From Kiritimatiellia bacterium (lineage in GTDB: Bacteria > Verrucomicrobiota > Kiritimatiellia > RFP12 > UBA1067): DNA of 55,659 nucleotides. Of this stretch, positions 18,901 to 26,691 are shown piece by piece; the stretch's first letter is position 1, and every line of letters begins with the position of its first letter. The stretch is taken from the NCBI GenBank assembly GCA_045598785.1, contig JAZLMR010000087.1, positions 1 to 55,659 on the forward strand, in the 5' to 3' direction. Under the pieces are notes generated by a model, which was not told the DNA's origin, did no database searches, and was given only the letters and a program-made list of their open reading frames with translations. Both the position numbers and the translations under genes were made by a program.

Positions 18901-19333
18901 TGCGCACGTGATCGGCCCGAGTCTGAAGCCGGACACGATAGACGTGATCCCTGACGAGCGAGATTCCCCGCAGGGCAAAATGCCGCGTCCGCTCGGACGC
19001 CATCAGCCGATTGGTCGTCGCGGCGGTGACATCGACGAGCTCGGCGTTCAGCCAGTCGATCGGACCTTCGGAAGGATAAACCTCGAAATCAACCTCGGCC
19101 TGATCGGTGGCTTCCACCGCCTTGAACGGCAGCACGAACCAGGTCGGCTTAGGTCCGGCAATGTTCAATAGACACGTGGGCGAGCCATAGAAAAAGCGCG
19201 GCCGCACCGTCTGACCGTTCACCATCAGCCGCGCCCCTTCGGCCGTATCCACCACCTTGACTTCCGAGAGTTCCGCCGCCATTACGCCGGCCGCCAACCC
19301 CGCCCAACTCGCCAAAACCACCAGCTTACGCAT
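15971..19333 (-). CDS. Secreted fusion: GH42-like (clan GH-A) domain + GH29 alpha-L-fucosidase
   Basis: Start moved to MRKLVV at 19333 (AAGGAG SD, signal peptide). C-terminal LGMFIHWGIYS, ITTKHHDGFCMW, FLLNVGPKSDG are GH29 motifs. The N-terminal domain resembles the 29964-32852 protein. Confidence 0.8.
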   Translation of the reverse strand: MRKLVVLASWAGLAAGVMAAELSEVKVVDTAEGARLMVNGQTVRPRFFYGSPTCLLNIAGPKPTWFVLPFKAVEATDQAEVDFEVYPSEGPIDWLNAELVDVTAATTNRLMASERTRHFALRGISLVRDHVYRVRLQTRADHVRTYFTYKAQYRAADGELKRLPFPYGDTLGETTRLAAAAGVDFITFSTDSSWGCDDWWNEAGDERGYARIDAIMDHLISVNTNAMLMPRVIGNAPNWFLQRHPEAKMKFHRGFTIDMSSVSYRPYREQVCQQLEKLTRHLTEKYPRNFAGLHVGGQNSAEWYYMMSMTEDRSGYDVGSRDAFREYLKAKGAADWATAEVPTAEDRMTERPNGGILDPAKREDARLLDYMDFRAMEIATLLKSMGEAIKRGSNGSKLAVFFYGYSFELGAPDSGAGETGHFAVDWLTKHARGVIDGFSGPVSYRDRGPVGSVSTLSAAETINRRGYLWINEVDERTHRLDIWEMAHLKSFKPNDDAWQTWQTLKRNAISTILRGYGDWWMDLFGQGWYQDKTMWDVRRELNGLDDAMLKRSSPYVPEVAIVVDEPSLICNGWLASTWQWPLLDVRGAIWSGTTYGLYLLADLVENPPPVKLVYLVGCKSLTAEMQAKLQAVKAAHPEIAFVDDPTPSDLESAAIAERVKAAGGRVYTAPGKAYVEAAEGYVMVASREAGPLEVDFGDGARRTYEFAAGEVRLFEVEKEKIEGWKLFDRRLGMFIHWGIYSVAGWHEQEQWRLGIPRKEYERHMQEFRAEKFDPDHFIDVAESAGAEYIVITTKHHDGFCMWATETTDYNVMNTPAKRDLIGELAAACRRRGMKLGFYYSNPDWNAPFANNARSSHQIPLEAGDQPDLERLIDYQRAQIRELLTRYGEICCFFWDIRTRIERPEMNEYVRSLQSGIMINNRGWRDDGEDFDYSTPERSEGEDITFRKFAEACDSTGVHSWGYRINEDYRTKGYLTRSIDRFLAAGCNFLLNVGPKSDGTIPEESVKAMAAVGEWYAKVRESYRGVETAHGLMDRKLGDVTRRGRSVYLHLNNGLNATGFVAKYWTAKPKRVTLLNNGKEYPHLVEVTPWEFFHGRNAALHILNLPADDLANECPVLRLDF

Positions 19334-19359
19334 CACTTGCTCCTTTTGAATTGAAATCA

Positions 19360-20106
19360 TTATACCACACCTCCGGCACGCACCCCGTAAACCGTCGACC
19401 CGGAGCCGCTCATCGCCACTTCGCCGAGCCCGCGCGCTTCCAGCTCCCGCAGCGCCGCCGCAATGCCGGGATAGAGCCGCAGCGCCGCCGGCTGCAAGTC
19501 GTTGCGGCCGCGCCCGCGGTCCGATTCGCGGAACTCGCGGTAGACCGCCGGCGTTGAAGCGAAGATCGGCGGCGTCAAAAGCTCGATCGCCTCGGCTTTC
19601 GGAACCGCCCATGCCTCCAGCTCGGCCGCCGTCAGCCGCCGCACCCGCTCGCCGCGCCCTTCCATCAGCACCGGCCCGCCCAGCAGCAGCGCCGGCACGT
19701 CGCTGCCGATTTCGGCGGCCACCGTCAGCAGCTCGGCTTCCGACAGCTGCAGGTCCCAGAACCCGTTCAACATCCGCAGGGTCGCCGCCGCGTCGGCCGA
19801 ACCGCCGCCCAAGCCCGCCCCGGTCGGAATCCGCTTGACCACCGTCAGCCGCGCGGCCGGCACTTGAAAACCAGCGAATTCCGCCAGCCGCCGCGCCGCC
19901 CGGTACACCAGATTCCGCTCCTGGGGAATGCCGTCGCAACCCGCCACCGAAAGCCCGCCGTCGCCGCGCTCGACCAAAATGTCATCGTGCAGATTCACCG
20001 GCAGCACGACGCTCCGAAGCTCATGATAGCCGTCAGGGCGGACTCCCAGCACTTCCAGCGTCCAGTTAATTTTCGCCGATGCGCGGCCAGCCCATTCGCC
20101 CTTCAT
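19360..20106 (-). CDS. ispE: 4-diphosphocytidyl-2-C-methyl-D-erythritol kinase
   Basis: AKINWTL, DGYHEL, KRIPTGAGLGGGSADAA, GSDVP, MSGSGS. Confidence 0.95.
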   Translation of the reverse strand: MKGEWAGRASAKINWTLEVLGVRPDGYHELRSVVLPVNLHDDILVERGDGGLSVAGCDGIPQERNLVYRAARRLAEFAGFQVPAARLTVVKRIPTGAGLGGGSADAAATLRMLNGFWDLQLSEAELLTVAAEIGSDVPALLLGGPVLMEGRGERVRRLTAAELEAWAVPKAEAIELLTPPIFASTPAVYREFRESDRGRGRNDLQPAALRLYPGIAAALRELEARGLGEVAMSGSGSTVYGVRAGGVV

Positions 20107-20113
20107 CGCCACC

Positions 20114-21361
20114 TCAGTTCTTCCGCGGCAACACCATGCCGGCCAGGAGCGAAAACACCAGCGGCAGCAGGCAGAGGTCGAGCACCGCCAGCCGCAGCAC
20201 CTCGGCCGTTTCCACGCACTCGTCCTTGGCCAGCGACTCCAGCGGCGACAGCGAGGAAACGGGGCGCGTCACCTCGGTGGCGAAATTGGTGACGTAAAGC
20301 CCGAGCCGGTCGAGCGGCTTCACATTCAGCTCGTCGGGATACTGGGCGACCACACTCGGGCTCATCTCCCCCATCAGCAGCATCGCGAACGCGACAAACA
20401 GCGCCACCGGCCGGCTGAGCGCAGCCGACAGCAGCAGCCCGAACGACAGCAACACCGCCAGGATCGCCAGCAGCTCGACATACGCCCGCACCAGATTCCA
20501 GCCAAAGGCATCGGCGGGAATCAGCAGGTTAAGGTCGCGCCGCGGCCGCAGCATCAAGTCGGAAACGCCCTCGTTGCGAAAGGTCAGCCTGCCGTCGGCC
20601 GACTCCAGTTCGCCAGCCGCCGTCAGCGGATGCACCACCACCGCCTGGGTGATGTTGCTGATCACGCTCTCGACGCCGCCGAAGCCAAAGGCCCCCCGCA
20701 CTTCCTGCCGCACGTCAAAGTTGTTCGTCAGCCGCAGCCGGACCGATGGCGAAGGAACCGGGCCCGTCACCGGGAACGTCCAGGCCGCCGTCGCGTTGGT
20801 GGCAATGGTCTCGTAATGGTCGACGGCCCGCTGCGTCAGGAGCCGGATCACCGCCTCCTTCTTCGCCTTCTTGACCTCGGCGGGCGTCTCGGGATCCTTC
20901 ATATAGAGCTCGTACATGGCCCGCGCCTCCTCGCGCGGCGACGGCAACACCGGCGACAGCACATGACTGCAGGGAACCGAAAGGTCCATCCGGACGGCCA
21001 GCAGCGCGAACGCCACCGCCAGCACCAGGGCACCGACCGCCAGCAGCGCCAGGATCTTGGCCAGCACGACGCTGAAATACGGCACCGGCCGAATCAGCGT
21101 CAGCTGCAGCCGCCTGGCCGCCCGTTCGCGGGCCAGCGAACCGCTCGCCGACGCCAGCAGCGAAATGACCAGCAGCGCAAACACTCCGCCGAGCGAATAG
21201 TGAATCGTAAGCTCGCGCTGCCCGGCCGCCGTGCCGTCGCCCTTGACCAGATACGGGAAGGCCCACATCCAGACCACGCTGGCCAAGAGCAGCATCGCCA
21301 GCGCCTTCGAGCGCACAAACGCCGTGAACTCAAGCGAGAAAATCCGCCAGAACGAAATCAT
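20114..21361 (-). CDS. ABC-2-type transporter permease with extracytoplasmic domain
   Basis: Multiple TM helices, ERAARRLQLTLIRP motif, next to an ABC ATPase. Start placed at MISFWR. Confidence 0.75.
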   Translation of the reverse strand: MISFWRIFSLEFTAFVRSKALAMLLLASVVWMWAFPYLVKGDGTAAGQRELTIHYSLGGVFALLVISLLASASGSLARERAARRLQLTLIRPVPYFSVVLAKILALLAVGALVLAVAFALLAVRMDLSVPCSHVLSPVLPSPREEARAMYELYMKDPETPAEVKKAKKEAVIRLLTQRAVDHYETIATNATAAWTFPVTGPVPSPSVRLRLTNNFDVRQEVRGAFGFGGVESVISNITQAVVVHPLTAAGELESADGRLTFRNEGVSDLMLRPRRDLNLLIPADAFGWNLVRAYVELLAILAVLLSFGLLLSAALSRPVALFVAFAMLLMGEMSPSVVAQYPDELNVKPLDRLGLYVTNFATEVTRPVSSLSPLESLAKDECVETAEVLRLAVLDLCLLPLVFSLLAGMVLPRKN

Positions 21362-22088
21362 CGGCATCTCCGACTTTGGCGAGGAAGAAATCCTCAAGAC
21401 TCGTGCCCAGCTCGTCCACCCGGCCCTCGGCCACCGAACGCCCGTGATTGACAATCATCACCCGGTCGCACACGTCCTCGGCGTCGGCCAGCAGATGCGA
21501 AGTCATCAGAATCGTCATGCCGCCGCGGGCCAGCGCCTTGATGAGCAGCTTGACCTCCTTGGTGGAAACGGGATCGAGCCCGCTCGTCGGCTCGTCCAGC
21601 ACCAGCAGTTCCGGCTTGCCGATCAGCGACGCGGCCAGCGCCACCCGCCGCGCCATCCCCTTCGAAAAATCGCCCACCGGACGCTTGGCGACCTCGGTCA
21701 GCTGCACCATCTTCAGCAGGGCGGCGACCCGGGCCCGGGCGGTGCGGCGGTCCAGCCCGCACAAGCCCGCATAATAGCCGAGCGTCTCGGCCGCCGTCAT
21801 GAACGGATGCAGATAACTGAGCTCCGGCAGATATCCGAGCCGCTGTCTGGCCGCCAGCGAGCGCGGCGACTGCCCGAAGAGCGAAATCGTGCCCGCACTG
21901 GGCGCAAGGAGCCCCAGCAGCATCTTGATGGTCGTGGACTTCCCGGAACCGTTGGGCCCCAGAAGGCCGAACACTTCGCCGCGTCCGATCGACAGCGAAA
22001 GCCCGTCCACCGCCTTTACCGTCGGCCGCAGCCAGAAATCCCTGAAGGTCTTGGAGACCCCTTCCAGTCTGACAATCGCCTCCGCCAT
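21330..22088 (-). CDS. ABC transporter ATP-binding protein
   Basis: GPNGSGKST, FSKGM, LVLDEPTSGLDP, TSH. Confidence 0.95.
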   Translation of the reverse strand: MAEAIVRLEGVSKTFRDFWLRPTVKAVDGLSLSIGRGEVFGLLGPNGSGKSTTIKMLLGLLAPSAGTISLFGQSPRSLAARQRLGYLPELSYLHPFMTAAETLGYYAGLCGLDRRTARARVAALLKMVQLTEVAKRPVGDFSKGMARRVALAASLIGKPELLVLDEPTSGLDPVSTKEVKLLIKALARGGMTILMTSHLLADAEDVCDRVMIVNHGRSVAEGRVDELGTSLEDFFLAKVGDADDFVLADFLA

Positions 22089-22089
22089 G

Positions 22090-22974
22090 TCAGTCATCCT
22101 TCCTCAACATGAACCCCACGCCCAGCAGCAACCCCGCCGCCAGCGCCGGCACCACTCCCGCCAGCGCGGCCAACCAGTATTCCCAGGGAATCACCTTTTG
22201 ACTCGACAGGGCGTCAGACAAATAGTAATTGCCGATGACCGGCACCGAAACCGCGACGACTGCCGCCATCGCCGAGGCCGCCGCGTTGGCCTTGAACCGC
22301 ACCGACAGCGCCGCGGCGAAGGCCTGCAGCACCACCGTGTAGGCCGCAATCAGCAATGCGCCCGGGAAATACCGAATCGCCGTCGACGGGTTGAAGGCAA
22401 TGGCCGCGCCGCCCGCCAGCACCGAAACGACCAGCGCGCCCACCATCGCGCTGAGCACGAAGCGAAAGCGCCCGAACCGGTTCAGCAGGGCCGCGACGAC
22501 CAGCGGCAGCAGCAGCACCGCGACCCCGGCGGCCAGATGCGGACCGAAAATTCGCGCGATGTCGCCCGTCCGTTGGGCGACGATACCGCCGATCAGCGCT
22601 CCTTCGACGATTACCATAGTGGTCATGAAAATCACCACCGCAAAAAAACCGTACGCCAGCATCGCGCCGATGAACTTCGCCAGGAAAAAACCGCCGCGGG
22701 AGACGGCGTGCGCGAGCGCCATCTGCAGCGTTCCCGACTCGATCTCCCGGCGATAGGAGCGAATGGTCGCAAAGACCGCCAGCACCCCGCCCCCCGTCAG
22801 CAGCGCCGAGAAGCCCGCATCGCGCGCCATCCGGTCGACTTCGCCGAACTGGTGATAGTGGAACGCCGGCGCCATCACCGTCAGCAACAGCGAGGTAAGC
22901 AAAACCAAAAGCGACAGCGGTTCGGACAAGACCTCCAACGCCGTCGCCCGGACGATTGCCGCCCACTTGCGCAT
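22090..22974 (-). CDS. ABC transporter permease
   Basis: TM helices; REIESGTLQMALAHAVSR...FFLAKF motif. Start placed at MRKW. Confidence 0.8.
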   Translation of the reverse strand: MRKWAAIVRATALEVLSEPLSLLVLLTSLLLTVMAPAFHYHQFGEVDRMARDAGFSALLTGGGVLAVFATIRSYRREIESGTLQMALAHAVSRGGFFLAKFIGAMLAYGFFAVVIFMTTMVIVEGALIGGIVAQRTGDIARIFGPHLAAGVAVLLLPLVVAALLNRFGRFRFVLSAMVGALVVSVLAGGAAIAFNPSTAIRYFPGALLIAAYTVVLQAFAAALSVRFKANAAASAMAAVVAVSVPVIGNYYLSDALSSQKVIPWEYWLAALAGVVPALAAGLLLGVGFMLRKDD

Positions 22975-22982
22975 GCCGCAGA

Positions 22983-24197
22983 TCAGAAGTAGGCGATTTG
23001 CGTATTCTGATAGAGGAACCACGCCAAGGCGCCGATCGCCAGACAGGCCGCGACCTGCACCAGCGCCGAAATCGCCCACAGCCACGCGGGGCCATCGCTC
23101 GCCGTCGCCGCCGGCAGCTCGGGCAGTGTCGCCACCGTCGGCATCTCGGGAATGTCCGCCAACTCCGCACCCGCACTTTCCGTCGGCGCCGGCGTCGCCG
23201 CCGTCGGCTGCGGACGCTTGATCCCGAACTTGCCTGACGGCCGAACCGCGCCGCCCGGACGGGCGATCTTCAAGGTCTTGCGCTGCGTAATCGAAGCCGT
23301 GCTCGCAGTAGCCGCCTCGGACGGCTCCGCCAGCTTAGTCTCGGCCTGCGATGCGGGAACTTCCGCTTTCGGCTGCGGCGCCAGAGGCTTCGTCGCCCCG
23401 GGAATCTCGATCGGACGCTTGATCCGAATCGTCTTCATCGGCGCGTTTTCGTTCTTGACCGGCGCGACTCCCATCGCATCCGACAGCGAAATGCGCGCGG
23501 TCTTGTGCTTGGCCGCTTCCTTCTGCGCTTCTGACATCGCCCCTTCGGCAATGATGCCCGTCTTGCGCAGAATCGCCTGCTGAGGAATCTCTTGGGTAAT
23601 GCCCTTGAGCGAATGGGTAATAGTCTTAAGCGCCTCCAGCGGCTTCGGCGCCGGCGCTGCGGGCGCGACCGGATTCAGTTCCGCCACCGGTTCGAGCTTC
23701 ACCTCGGCCGCCGCCGGCTTCAGCTCCGCCACTGCGGGCTCGGGCTTCACCTCGGCCGCCACCGGCTTCAGCTCCGCCACGCTTTCCGGATTCACTTCCG
23801 CAGGGGCTGGCGCCGCCACAGGCTGGGGCGCCGCCGCCTTCGGCTCCTCGGCCGCTTTCGGCACCACTGGCTTCGGCAACACCGGTTTCGGCAACGGCGC
23901 AGCCACCACCGTGGAACCCGGCTTGCGAATCATCGGCTTCGGCGGCAGCTTGAGCCCCGAAGTCGACAGCGTCGCGCCCGGCTTCGGCGGCAACTTGAGC
24001 CCCGCCGTCGACAGCGTCGCCCCCGGCTTCGGCGGCAGCTTGAGCCCCGGCTTCAGCACCGCCGTGCCGCCGGTGCCCGGCTTGCGGATCATCGGCTTTA
24101 AAGTCATCGTCGCCGGCTTCGGCGGCACGGCCGCGACCGGAGCGGCCGCCGGCGGTTCCGCATTCGTTACAGGAGTCATCTCAACTTCTTCTGCCAT
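22983..24197 (-). CDS. Pro/Ala/Lys-rich low-complexity protein with a C-terminal membrane anchor
   Basis: No signal peptide, internal tandem repeats, single C-terminal hydrophobic helix; follows frr. Confidence 0.7.
   Translation of the reverse strand: MAEEVEMTPVTNAEPPAAAPVAAVPPKPATMTLKPMIRKPGTGGTAVLKPGLKLPPKPGATLSTAGLKLPPKPGATLSTSGLKLPPKPMIRKPGSTVVAAPLPKPVLPKPVVPKAAEEPKAAAPQPVAAPAPAEVNPESVAELKPVAAEVKPEPAVAELKPAAAEVKLEPVAELNPVAPAAPAPKPLEALKTITHSLKGITQEIPQQAILRKTGIIAEGAMSEAQKEAAKHKTARISLSDAMGVAPVKNENAPMKTIRIKRPIEIPGATKPLAPQPKAEVPASQAETKLAEPSEAATASTASITQRKTLKIARPGGAVRPSGKFGIKRPQPTAATPAPTESAGAELADIPEMPTVATLPELPAATASDGPAWLWAISALVQVAACLAIGALAWFLYQNTQIAYF
23670..23801. repeat. Coding tandem repeat, about 45-48 bp x3 (AEVKPEPVAELKPVA-like)
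   Basis: Seen in both DNA and protein. Confidence 0.75.
23935..24048. repeat. Coding tandem repeat, 45 bp x about 2.5 (GLKLPPKPGATLST)
   Basis: ggcttcggcggca units start at 23935, 23980 and 24025. Confidence 0.85.
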
Positions 24198-24211
24198 GAT
24201 CGTGATCCTAA

Positions 24212-24775
24212 TTAGACCGCCATTACTTCGGCTTCCTTGGCCTTGAGTTCCGCATCGATCTTCGCGATGCCGTCGTCAGTCGCCTTCTGAACCTTCTCAA
24301 GCCCCGACTTGAGATCGTCTTCCGAAATCTTCTTGTCTTTTTCCAGCTTCTTCAGCGCATCGTTTGCATCGCGACGGACATTGCGCATCGCCACCTTCTG
24401 CGCCTCGGCCTGAGTCTTCGCGGTCTTCACGATCTCCTTGCGCCGCTCTTCGTTCAGCTCCGGCACCGTAATGCGCACGACCTTGCCGTCGCTCTGCGGA
24501 GTGACGCCGATGTTCGCCGCCAGAATCGCCTTCATGATGCCGTCGATCGTCGACGGATCGAACGGGGTGATCTTGATCTGCCGCGGCTCGGGCGTGGAAA
24601 TCGTCGCGATGTTCTTCAGCGGCTGCTTCGAGCCCCAGGCTTCGGCCTGCACGCCGTCGACCATGGCAGGCGAGGCCTTGCCCGTGCGGAGCCCCGCGAA
24701 CTGCGCCTTGAGCGCGTCAAAGCTCTTGGCGATCTTCGAAGTGGTGTCATTAAGTACTGCTGCTACCGTTTCCAT
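24212..24775 (-). CDS. frr: Ribosome recycling factor
   Basis: LRTGKASP, PELNEERRKE, RNVRRDAN; downstream of pyrH. Confidence 0.97.
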   Translation of the reverse strand: METVAAVLNDTTSKIAKSFDALKAQFAGLRTGKASPAMVDGVQAEAWGSKQPLKNIATISTPEPRQIKITPFDPSTIDGIMKAILAANIGVTPQSDGKVVRITVPELNEERRKEIVKTAKTQAEAQKVAMRNVRRDANDALKKLEKDKKISEDDLKSGLEKVQKATDDGIAKIDAELKAKEAEVMAV

Positions 24776-24813
24776 ATTCGGGAATGTCTTTAGTTGTTGT
24801 TTTCGTTTTCAAA

Positions 24814-25542
24814 TCAGCTGACGACGGTGCCCACCGCCTTGCCCTTCACCACCGATTCCAGCGCCCGCGGATCGAAGAAATCGAAAACCACGATCGGGAT
24901 GTTGTTGTCCATGCAAAGCGCGAACGCCGCGGAATCCATAACCTTGAGCCGCTTCTCCAGCGCCGTCTCGTACTTGAGCGAGGCGTACTTCCTGGCCGTC
25001 GGATCCTTCTTGGGGTCGGCGGTGTAGATGCCGTCAACCTTCGTCGCCTTCAATAGCGCCGAAGCCCCGATTTCGCTGGCCTTCAGCGCCGCCGCGGAAT
25101 CAGTGGAAAAATAGGGATTGCCGGTACCGCCGCCGAAGATCACCACGCGGCCCTTCTCGAAGTGCCGCAGCGCCCGCCGCTGAATGAACGGCTCGGCCAA
25201 CTTGGGCATTTCAATGGCCGTCATCACTCGCGTCGGCACGCCGATCGCCTCCAGCGCGTTCATCATCGCCAGCGCATTGATGATCGTCGCCAGCATGCCC
25301 ATCGAATCGCCCGTGACGCGATTGACACCCTTGCCGGCGCCGGTAAGCCCGCGGAAGATGTTGCCGCCGCCGAGCACGATGCCGACTTCGCAACCCATAT
25401 CGTGGATTTTCTTGACCCGCTCGGCCATGAACGCCAGGTTCCGAGGGTCGATGCACTCGCCCGTTTCCCGGTTGCCCAGCACTTCGCCGGACAACTTCAG
25501 GAGAATCCGACGATACTTAAGATTGCCTTTTGCCTTCTTCAC
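24814..25542 (-). CDS. pyrH: UMP kinase
   Basis: RILLKLSGE, GGGNIFRG, GTGNPYFSTDSAAAL, KVMDSAAF. GTG start at 25542 lies 7 nt below TGATACAAT. Confidence 0.96.
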   Translation of the reverse strand: MKKAKGNLKYRRILLKLSGEVLGNRETGECIDPRNLAFMAERVKKIHDMGCEVGIVLGGGNIFRGLTGAGKGVNRVTGDSMGMLATIINALAMMNALEAIGVPTRVMTAIEMPKLAEPFIQRRALRHFEKGRVVIFGGGTGNPYFSTDSAAALKASEIGASALLKATKVDGIYTADPKKDPTARKYASLKYETALEKRLKVMDSAAFALCMDNNIPIVVFDFFDPRALESVVKGKAVGTVVS

Positions 25543-25607
25543 ATTGCTAATTGTATCATTTAAAGGCCGGGTTTGCAAATGGCGCCGGCGGCATCGGGGG
25601 AAATGGC

Positions 25608-26528
25608 CTACTTCAAAAAGAGCACCATTCCCGTCGGTTCGGCCGGATCGCGAGGCAAGTCCTGGTTTAACACCAGCCGAAAGCCGCCGTTCGGATTGTT
25701 CGTGCTGTACGCGGGATTGCCATAATTCGCCCGATTGTCCGACTGCAAATACAACGGTTCGCTGTCATAGGAGCCACCGCGGGCAAACCGCGCCGTATAA
25801 TTCGCCTTGCTACCCACCGGATCCACGCCCTGCAGCACCCCGTTGGGTCGATCCAGACACCATTCCCAGACATTGCCGTGCATATCATAGATTCCCCAGG
25901 CGTTAGGCAGCTTTTCGCCGACCGGGTGCGTGTGATTGTCCGAGTTCTCGCCAAACCATCCCACCTTGGCCAAATCCTCCATAGTGTCACCATTGCAAAA
26001 AGCGGTGGTTGACCCGGCGCGACAGGCATATTCCCACTGCCCCTCCGTGGGCAGATCCAAACCCGGAAGCTGGGCACGGGCGCGCAGCCTGCCGACAAAG
26101 CTTTCGTCATCAACCTCGCTTGAAGTCGGCCAGGTCGCGCCTTTGTTTCTGCCGCGGATGTCATAATAGGAAAAGCGATACATCGGATAGGTATCGCCCA
26201 AACCATCAACGGCCTTGCATACGCTCAAGGCCGAGGTGCCCATCACCAGTTCGCACTGCTTCTGCGTCACTTCGAAAATCCCGACATAAAAGCCCTTGCT
26301 CAATGAATACCGCCCGAGCACATCGCTGCCGGCGGGTACGTATCGCAGCACCAGTTTAGTCGTTTTGTGCGCCTCGGTCCAGCCGCCCGCCGGCACCTCG
26401 TCCAGATAACTGACCTCATAGCGCGTCGCCGCCGCCCCCGGGGTCAGGTCGATGACGCAATATCGCCCTTTTTCCGCCATTGCCGACATGGCTGCCGCCA
26501 CCGCCAGACCCATTAGCAAACTTCTCAT
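25608..26528 (-). CDS. Secreted SUMF1/FGE-sulfatase-family domain protein
   Basis: LPTEGQWEYACRAG, PNAWGIYDMHGNVWEWC, RGGSY, GFRLV; signal peptide from MRSLLM; ends PTGMVLFLK. Confidence 0.88.
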   Translation of the reverse strand: MRSLLMGLAVAAAMSAMAEKGRYCVIDLTPGAAATRYEVSYLDEVPAGGWTEAHKTTKLVLRYVPAGSDVLGRYSLSKGFYVGIFEVTQKQCELVMGTSALSVCKAVDGLGDTYPMYRFSYYDIRGRNKGATWPTSSEVDDESFVGRLRARAQLPGLDLPTEGQWEYACRAGSTTAFCNGDTMEDLAKVGWFGENSDNHTHPVGEKLPNAWGIYDMHGNVWEWCLDRPNGVLQGVDPVGSKANYTARFARGGSYDSEPLYLQSDNRANYGNPAYSTNNPNGGFRLVLNQDLPRDPAEPTGMVLFLK

Positions 26529-26650
26529 ACCGAACTTCCCTTTCTTCCGATTTTCAGTCTGAAAAGATGCGCGAAGGCGCATCTACCGTTTTCAGACTTT
26601 GTGCATTCAATATAACAAAGTTTGAAAACGAATGCAAGCGCTCCTTTTCG

Positions 26651-26659
26651 TGGTATAAT
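26651..26659 (+). promoter_or_regulatory. Extended -10 (TGGTATAAT) for the MATE-condensation gene
   Basis: Exact motif 32 nt upstream of ATG 26692. Confidence 0.6.
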
Positions 26660-26691
26660 AACCTGCAGTTCATTTCCAACCCTTTCATCCT

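Noticed and set aside
19334-19939. Long N-terminal extensions of ORF-track calls (also at 33122, 33615, 35443, 40658, 12457)
   Set aside because: They overlap upstream genes; SD, promoter and signal-peptide positions support the shorter starts.
25608-26528. Diversity-generating retroelement (FGE-type target plus an Avd-like four-helix-bundle gene)
   Set aside because: No reverse transcriptase and no template/variable repeat pair seen; the two genes are about 29 kb apart.
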